The notes under the pieces are model-generated. The model did not search any database, was not told where the DNA came from, and saw only the letters and a program-made list of their open reading frames with translations. A stretch of 64,000 bases of DNA from Leidyana gryllorum EB-2025a (taxonomy: Eukaryota > Protista > Apicomplexa), in contig JBLWGC010000194.1 of assembly GCA_048772705.1 (NCBI GenBank), forward strand, positions 62,001 to 126,000, read 5' to 3'. Position numbers and translations under genes: made by a program. This document shows, one piece after another, positions 58,754 through 64,000 of this stretch; position 1 is the stretch's first letter, and every line of letters starts with the position of its first letter.

Positions 58754-59493
58754 TCAGTGTCTCGCTTTAGGGGACAACTGGAGCTTTGCGTAACGGTTCC
58801 GAGAAGCGGTCTCGTCAAAAGCCACACGAGGCCATCCAGCAGGCCACTTGCCAACGGCTTTGTAGATATCCTCCATCGTCACTGCCTTTTCTTCCCGACG
58901 CTCAGCAGTCACTTCCTCACTGGCCTGCGCGGCGCGGGCGGCCTTGTTTTGCTCTTTCTTGTGCTTCTTATCGGTCTTCACAACAGGACTCGCTGTGGCT
59001 TCCTGGGGTGGGGGACCGAGCTCGGGATAGAGACTGGGGTCGGTTATGTCGTGCATCTTGTTACGACGGATCAGAACAGGCACATCACCAGGCTTCGCTT
59101 TGGGGGCTGCCACAGGCGCAGCCTCACCTTCCTTCTTCTTGCTCTCCCACTTGAAGTTACCTCGACCTTTGTTTGAGGGCAAATCAATCTCGTCCTCATC
59201 CTCGGACTCTCCAGCGGGCCGCAGGATGGCGGGCCGGGCACCACTCACCTCTTCAACGAGCTCCTCCTCCTCACCTACTGTCCATTGCTCCAAGACCTGA
59301 GAGAAGACGGCTGTAAAGGGACACCTGAACCAACGCCCGCACTCACCTTTGGCTTTACCACATCGAGACTAACTGGAGAAGGAGTAGTACGTTCGTTTAT
59401 GTTTGTTGCACTCCTCTCCCCAGCAGCAGCCTGTCCCTGCTTCTCAACATGCTTCTCTTTGGTCTTCTTGAGGAAGGCGGTGAGTTTACTCAT
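58754..59493 (-). CDS. Hydrophilic charged protein, possibly CDV3-like (2 exons)
   Basis: An intron at ~59297-59347 joins the 72-aa and 179-aa ORFs. KLTAFLKKTKEK, EQW, DITDPSLYPELG and NRYAKL loosely follow the CDV3 motif order. Confidence 0.55.
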
Positions 59494-59674
59494 TGAGGCG
59501 CCCTCAAAATTTTGCCTTCAGAATACAGAGGCGGAATTGACTTCACCATCCCGATGCACCTATGGTGTGATAGTACAGATCATTGATAGAGAGTATTTGC
59601 TGTAGTTAATTGCCCCCTGCTGCTGAAATCACTCGATCACCATTCCTACTTTCGAGTCCAAATTTTGAGCCAAA

Positions 59675-61077
59675 ATGTCCAACCCACCAACTGAACAAGA
59701 CCGAGTTGACGGACCCGAAGAAACAGTCGAAACGGCCGCCACAGAGGTGAAGAAGAAGTCAAAGGGGAAGAAGCGCGGCAAGTTGGCCCCCGGCGTTAAT
59801 GAACTACCCGAAGTTCTCAATCCCGAAACTCGGAGACTCAAGCCATGGCCAGCTGTTAAGGAGAGTCGCCAAACCTGGCCCCCCACGATCCCAATTAACA
59901 AGTGCTACAACAAGGGCTCATTCCCTGTAGGCGAAGTGATGCCTCACCCCGGAGCCAATGGTGCGACCCGCATGACTGATGAGGAAAAAAGAGCCCTGGA
60001 CCGGGAGCGGGAAGTTGATTATGACGACATCCGACGCGCGGCTGAGGCACACAGGCAAACTCGCAAGTATGTCCAAGACTTCATCAAGCCCGGACTCACT
60101 ACGCTGGATGTGGTGCAACGACTGGAGGCAAAATCTAAGGAGCTCATTTCTGCGAATGGCTTGGAGGCCGGTTGGGCGTTCCCCACCGGCATTTCCATCA
60201 ACCACTGTGCAGCACACTACACGCCTAACTATGGCGAAGACGATGTAGTAATCAAGGTGAGCTCACAACATACTTTTGCACGCCTTGTTGATATATTGAA
60301 ATGCGCAGTACGATGACGTCTTGAAAATTGATTACGGTGTCCATGTTGGTGGACGACTGGTTGACTGCGCGTGGACAGTGGCCTTCAATGAGCGTTATGA
60401 CCCATTGTTAGCGGCAACGCAAGATGGAACCAACACTGGATTGAAGGAAGCGGGTATCGATGCTCGCTTTTCCGAAATCGGAGCGGCAATTGAAGAGGCT
60501 ATCAGCAGTTATGAAATTGAACTTGACGGGAAGGTGAGTCTACTGTCTCCAGTTCGGAGTGTCGCACACGCGTTTGAAACTGCAGACGTATCAAGTGAAG
60601 CCTATCAGCAATCTGAATGGTCACACGGTGGAGAAGTATCGCGTTCATGGCAACAAGTCGTTGCCCATCGTGGCGACCGATATTGAAGACCGGATGGAGG
60701 AGGGAGAAGTGTACGCCATCGAAACATTTGCTTCGACTGGTCGGGGGAAAGTGGACGACCAAGGCGCCTGCAGTCATTACATGCCGAGTGCTGAAGCGGT
60801 TGAGAATTTGGACAAATGCCGACCACGAGGGCAGGCTCGCGCCTTGTGGCAGGGTATACTTGCAAACTTTGGCACACTGGCTTTCTGCAGGAGATGGCTG
60901 GATGATGCTGGATTCCCCAAGCATCTGCTGAATCTGCGGAGCTTGGTGGAAGACGGATTAGTCAATTCTTATCCCCCTCTGGTCGACGTAAATGGATGCT
61001 ACACATCCCAGATGGAGCACACAGTGATACTGAGGCCAACCTGCAAAGAGGTGGTGACTCGCGGACCTGATTACTAA
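59675..61077 (+). CDS. METAP2: Methionine aminopeptidase 2 (3 exons)
   Basis: [90 protein letters not shown]; introns ~60256-60309 and 60534-60585. Confidence 0.97.
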
Positions 61078-61117
61078 TTGATGCATGTGAAAGGACCCTA
61101 AAAAAAGTCAGTAGTCA

Positions 61118-64000
61118 ATGTGGTTCCTGAGGTTGGAGGTGCTATGGAGCCTCGCATTAGCCATTCAACAACAGAGGCCTAGGCAGATAAATCCAGTCTC
61201 TGTACTCCTCCCTCACACTGATTCCAGTGTTCCAGAGCACCGTGTGAATGTGACTCTCCAAGCATATGGCGGTTGCTACCGATGGCGTGTTCAGAGACCC
61301 ACTATCGTTAAGATACGGGACTTGAAACCGGAAGAGCTGTCTGACATGAGTTCCGACAAACGTGAAGCCACAGGACTGCCCACCATCACTGAAACCGAGC
61401 CTTCTGAAGCTATACAAACAGAGGAGTGTCACAACGCTGTGATGGTCAGCCAGTTCATGACAGAGCGTCGCTTGAACCGCGAGAAAAGTTGGGTTTTCGC
61501 AGAAGATATATACGAGGGCGACATTGGAGTTAAGTGTGAAGTGTATGTCACTCCAATACACACTATTGGTATTGAGTCAACGGCAAAATCGCTGACTGTG
61601 GGTGGAGTGGAGACACTGAAAATCAGAGCTCTCGATCGAGAAGGGAATGTTTTCACATCTCTGGAAGGTCTCCGCTTCCAATGGGAAATCGAGGACCCCA
61701 AAGTGATCAGTATTGCGTCACTCAAGAATGATATCTACCGACCCACCACCGCTCGCCGTCAAATCCATGAAAAGGGAGAACAGTCGGACATCATATTGTT
61801 GAAGGGACTGCGAAGCGGACGCACCAATGTGCGAGCTCGACTCTTGGAACCCGGCTACGAGAATGTCCCCGATGCCACTGTGTGGCTCGATGTCATTGAA
61901 CCCATTGTGGCCGTCCCAGGCACCGTCTACACACCGCCACTGGGCGCCTTTAACATCGGATTGAAAGTGTTGAGGGGTAAGGAGACTCCATCGCAAGCCG
62001 CTCTCGTCGCTCTTCCGAACACTGACTTCCGATTCGATCTGTTGGCGACTGACGAAACCACGTCGGAGGCGATGGAGGTCCATCCTCGCGAAGGACGGGT
62101 CCGAATTCGTCGTGAAACCGCAGTGGATGGCGAAGACCCGTTCCTCGTCCAAGTTTCGGACTCCCGGAATGCCAACAATACTGACATTACAACGATTTTC
62201 ATCGCCGAACCCCATGCCTTCCGCCTCCATCATCACCCGCTGCCTCAGCTGTTGCGATCGCTCTTGGGCCCGTCAGCCACAGAAGGAGATGCTCTGCCAC
62301 AATTGGAGCAGTTGGCGCTGCGAAGCACTCGAGCTGGGCACAATAACGAAGTTTCAGATGCCATCAAAATGTCGAGTGGGCCCTTGGGAACGAGGTCAGG
62401 GAGACGTGGGAACTTGTTGATGAGCGGAAGCAATGGTTCGAGTACATCAGTGTGGTATCTGCCCTTCAACCAGTCAAGTGTCGTGAGCGTTGAGGCTTTG
62501 ACTAAAGAAGGCCAAGTGATGATCATTCCCGAGAACGCCAAAATCGACGTCCATGTGCTTGACCAGAACGGGGCGGATGAGACTGAAGACACCGTGGAGT
62601 GGCACAGTACCCATGGAAACCTGGGGGTTGTGAGACCTCGTCGTAATGTTGGAGATGTGGGCATCATCAAAGTTGCCTATGAGGGAGTCACTGACACTGA
62701 CACCGCAGCCAAATATGCGCCAGAAAGACCGGTTATCGCATCACAGAAATACATTGTCGTGGAACCCATTCGAATCAATGGGATGCCAGAGATGCGCAAT
62801 CCAAAAGACTCTAACAACGGATCGGAACCACCCTCGTCCCCCATCCCTATCATTCTACCTGTCGACTACACCGCCAATTTTCTTCTGACAGGGGGTAGTG
62901 GCAACTACAATGTTTACTCCTCCAATCCCGAGGTGTGCAGTGTCCGAACGAGCAATGACAACGAGAATCGCGCGATATTGAGTGTCAGCAGTGGCCATAG
63001 GAGTGATGGCGCAATCGCAGAGATTCTCGTCGTAGACGAAAATAATCATCACAATCATTATCGCGTTCATTGCTTGTCTGGAGAAGTTGAGTCGATAATG
63101 TACGATCCCTCAATCACTCAGATCCCGATTGATCCGACCCGTACACGTCGCATTCCCGTACGCGCACGCGCTCACATCCCCGAATCGTTACTGGAAAATC
63201 CTCCCTTCTCTACTTGGGTCCACCCGGACGCCTCCAAACGAGATTTAGAAGACGCAGCCCTCCTCAACGGTCGACCCTTTGGGCTTTATACACAGTGTGG
63301 CCAGCGGGCTTGGACAATGAAGCACACCTCATCACGCTCTGAAGTGACCACCAAGTCAGTTGCGTCTCCGGAGCGCGAACTGTATGAGTGTGACGTGGTG
63401 GAAGTCAGTATGCCCGAAAAGCCTCTGCACATTCAGCTCTTCGGTGCTTTGAGTGCAAATCAGGCAATCGTCGCGACCACCAGCACGGACATTGAGTTCT
63501 TCTCTCACCTGCAAGCATATGTGCCGGCTGAGGAACGTCTCAAGCGACTGAACCTCGGTGCTTATTTAGCTCCAAACCCCGCAACAGAGGAACTAAGTCG
63601 GGTGACATCGAGTCGATTGGGACACAGCGTCAGTCTCGCACTGGGCGGATCGATCGAGATTGATCTGATGGGCGGCCCGAGTTCGAAACCAGAATGCCAC
63701 CGGTCCTTCAAGTATCACGTCTCACTATCTGATGTGATTGATATAGTTCCGTTGAAGCGTCCCACAGACACAACATTGCCTTTCTTGTTGGTGGACGGAG
63801 CCTTCCAAGTCACATGTCTGCAAAAGTCCCCCATGGTGGGCTTGGTTTTCACGCTCGAGAGCAGTTGCACAGAGGAGGCTCTGGAGACTCGAATCAACAT
63901 TGGCTGTGCAGTTCCTCACTTTATCAGAGTTGTCCCTGATGACAGCCACCAAGAGTACCCTGTGGAACCGCTGGCCCCTCTGGAGCCAGTGACAAGTGGA
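61118..64000 (+). CDS. NUP210: Nuclear pore membrane glycoprotein gp210/NUP210 (5' part; runs off window)
   Basis: This frame is missing from the ORF track, apparently because it has no stop in the window. It reads MWFLRLEVLWSLALA (signal), INPVSVLLP...VNVTLQAYGGCYRW, KCEVYVTPIHTIGI, IRALDREGNVFTSLEGLRFQW, GEQSDIILLKG, LTGGSGNY, which match gp210 N-terminal Ig-repeat motifs. Confidence 0.88.
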   Translation, partial: MWFLRLEVLWSLALAIQQQRPRQINPVSVLLPHTDSSVPEHRVNVTLQAYGGCYRWRVQRPTIVKIRDLKPEELSDMSSDKREATGLPTITETEPSEAIQTEECHNAVMVSQFMTERRLNREKSWVFAEDIYEGDIGVKCEVYVTPIHTIGIESTAKSLTVGGVETLKIRALDREGNVFTSLEGLRFQWEIEDPKVISIASLKNDIYRPTTARRQIHEKGEQSDIILLKGLRSGRTNVRARLLEPGYENVPDATVWLDVIEPIVAVPGTVYTPPLGAFNIGLKVLRGKETPSQAALVALPNTDFRFDLLATDETTSEAMEVHPREGRVRIRRETAVDGEDPFLVQVSDSRNANNTDITTIFIAEPHAFRLHHHPLPQLLRSLLGPSATEGDALPQLEQLALRSTRAGHNNEVSDAIKMSSGPLGTRSGRRGNLLMSGSNGSSTSVWYLPFNQSSVVSVEALTKEGQVMIIPENAKIDVHVLDQNGADETEDTVEWHSTHGNLGVVRPRRNVGDVGIIKVAYEGVTDTDTAAKYAPERPVIASQKYIVVEPIRINGMPEMRNPKDSNNGSEPPSSPIPIILPVDYTANFLLTGGSGNYNVYSSNPEVCSVRTSNDNENRAILSVSSGHRSDGAIAEILVVDENNHHNHYRVHCLSGEVESIMYDPSITQIPIDPTRTRRIPVRARAHIPESLLENPPFSTWVHPDASKRDLEDAALLNGRPFGLYTQCGQRAWTMKHTSSRSEVTTKSVASPERELYECDVVEVSMPEKPLHIQLFGALSANQAIVATTSTDIEFFSHLQAYVPAEERLKRLNLGAYLAPNPATEELSRVTSSRLGHSVSLALGGSIEIDLMGGPSSKPECHRSFKYHVSLSDVIDIVPLKRPTDTTLPFLLVDGAFQVTCLQKSPMVGLVFTLESSCTEEALETRINIGCAVPHFIRVVPDDSHQEYPVEPLAPLEPVTSG

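Overview
Gene-dense eukaryotic genomic DNA with short GT-AG spliceosomal introns (mostly about 40-60 bp). It is most consistent with an apicomplexan, probably a gregarine-like protist; this is inferred from an Apicomplexa-type GNA1, a PAN/Apple-domain surface protein, SUB-type subtilase folds and compact gene spacing. The first 26.6 kb is one giant minus-strand gene: signal peptide, Cys-rich head with a PAN/Apple domain, then more than 25 kb of Thr/Ser-rich mucin tandem repeats in four blocks, running off the window (more than about 8,800 aa). The frameshifts in its central block look like assembly errors. The rest of the window holds a bacterial-type maltose O-acetyltransferase, two tandem Cys-rich single-TM microproteins, a coiled-coil protein, RRP8, a probable decayed retrotransposon integrase, an RlmN-family radical-SAM methyltransferase with an acidic extension and C-terminal membrane anchor, and a MOLO1/TPM-like protein. 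It continues with two tandem secreted subtilisin paralogs that have both lost all three catalytic-triad residues, a LARP4-like protein, an inositol polyphosphate kinase, FAM98, GNA1, a roughly 2,300-aa Nup205/Nup188-like protein, a CDV3-like protein, MetAP2 and the 5' part of gp210/NUP210. All family calls come from motif recognition by eye, not database searches. The best novelty candidates are the pseudo-subtilase pair, the giant Apple-headed mucin and the tail-anchored RlmN.
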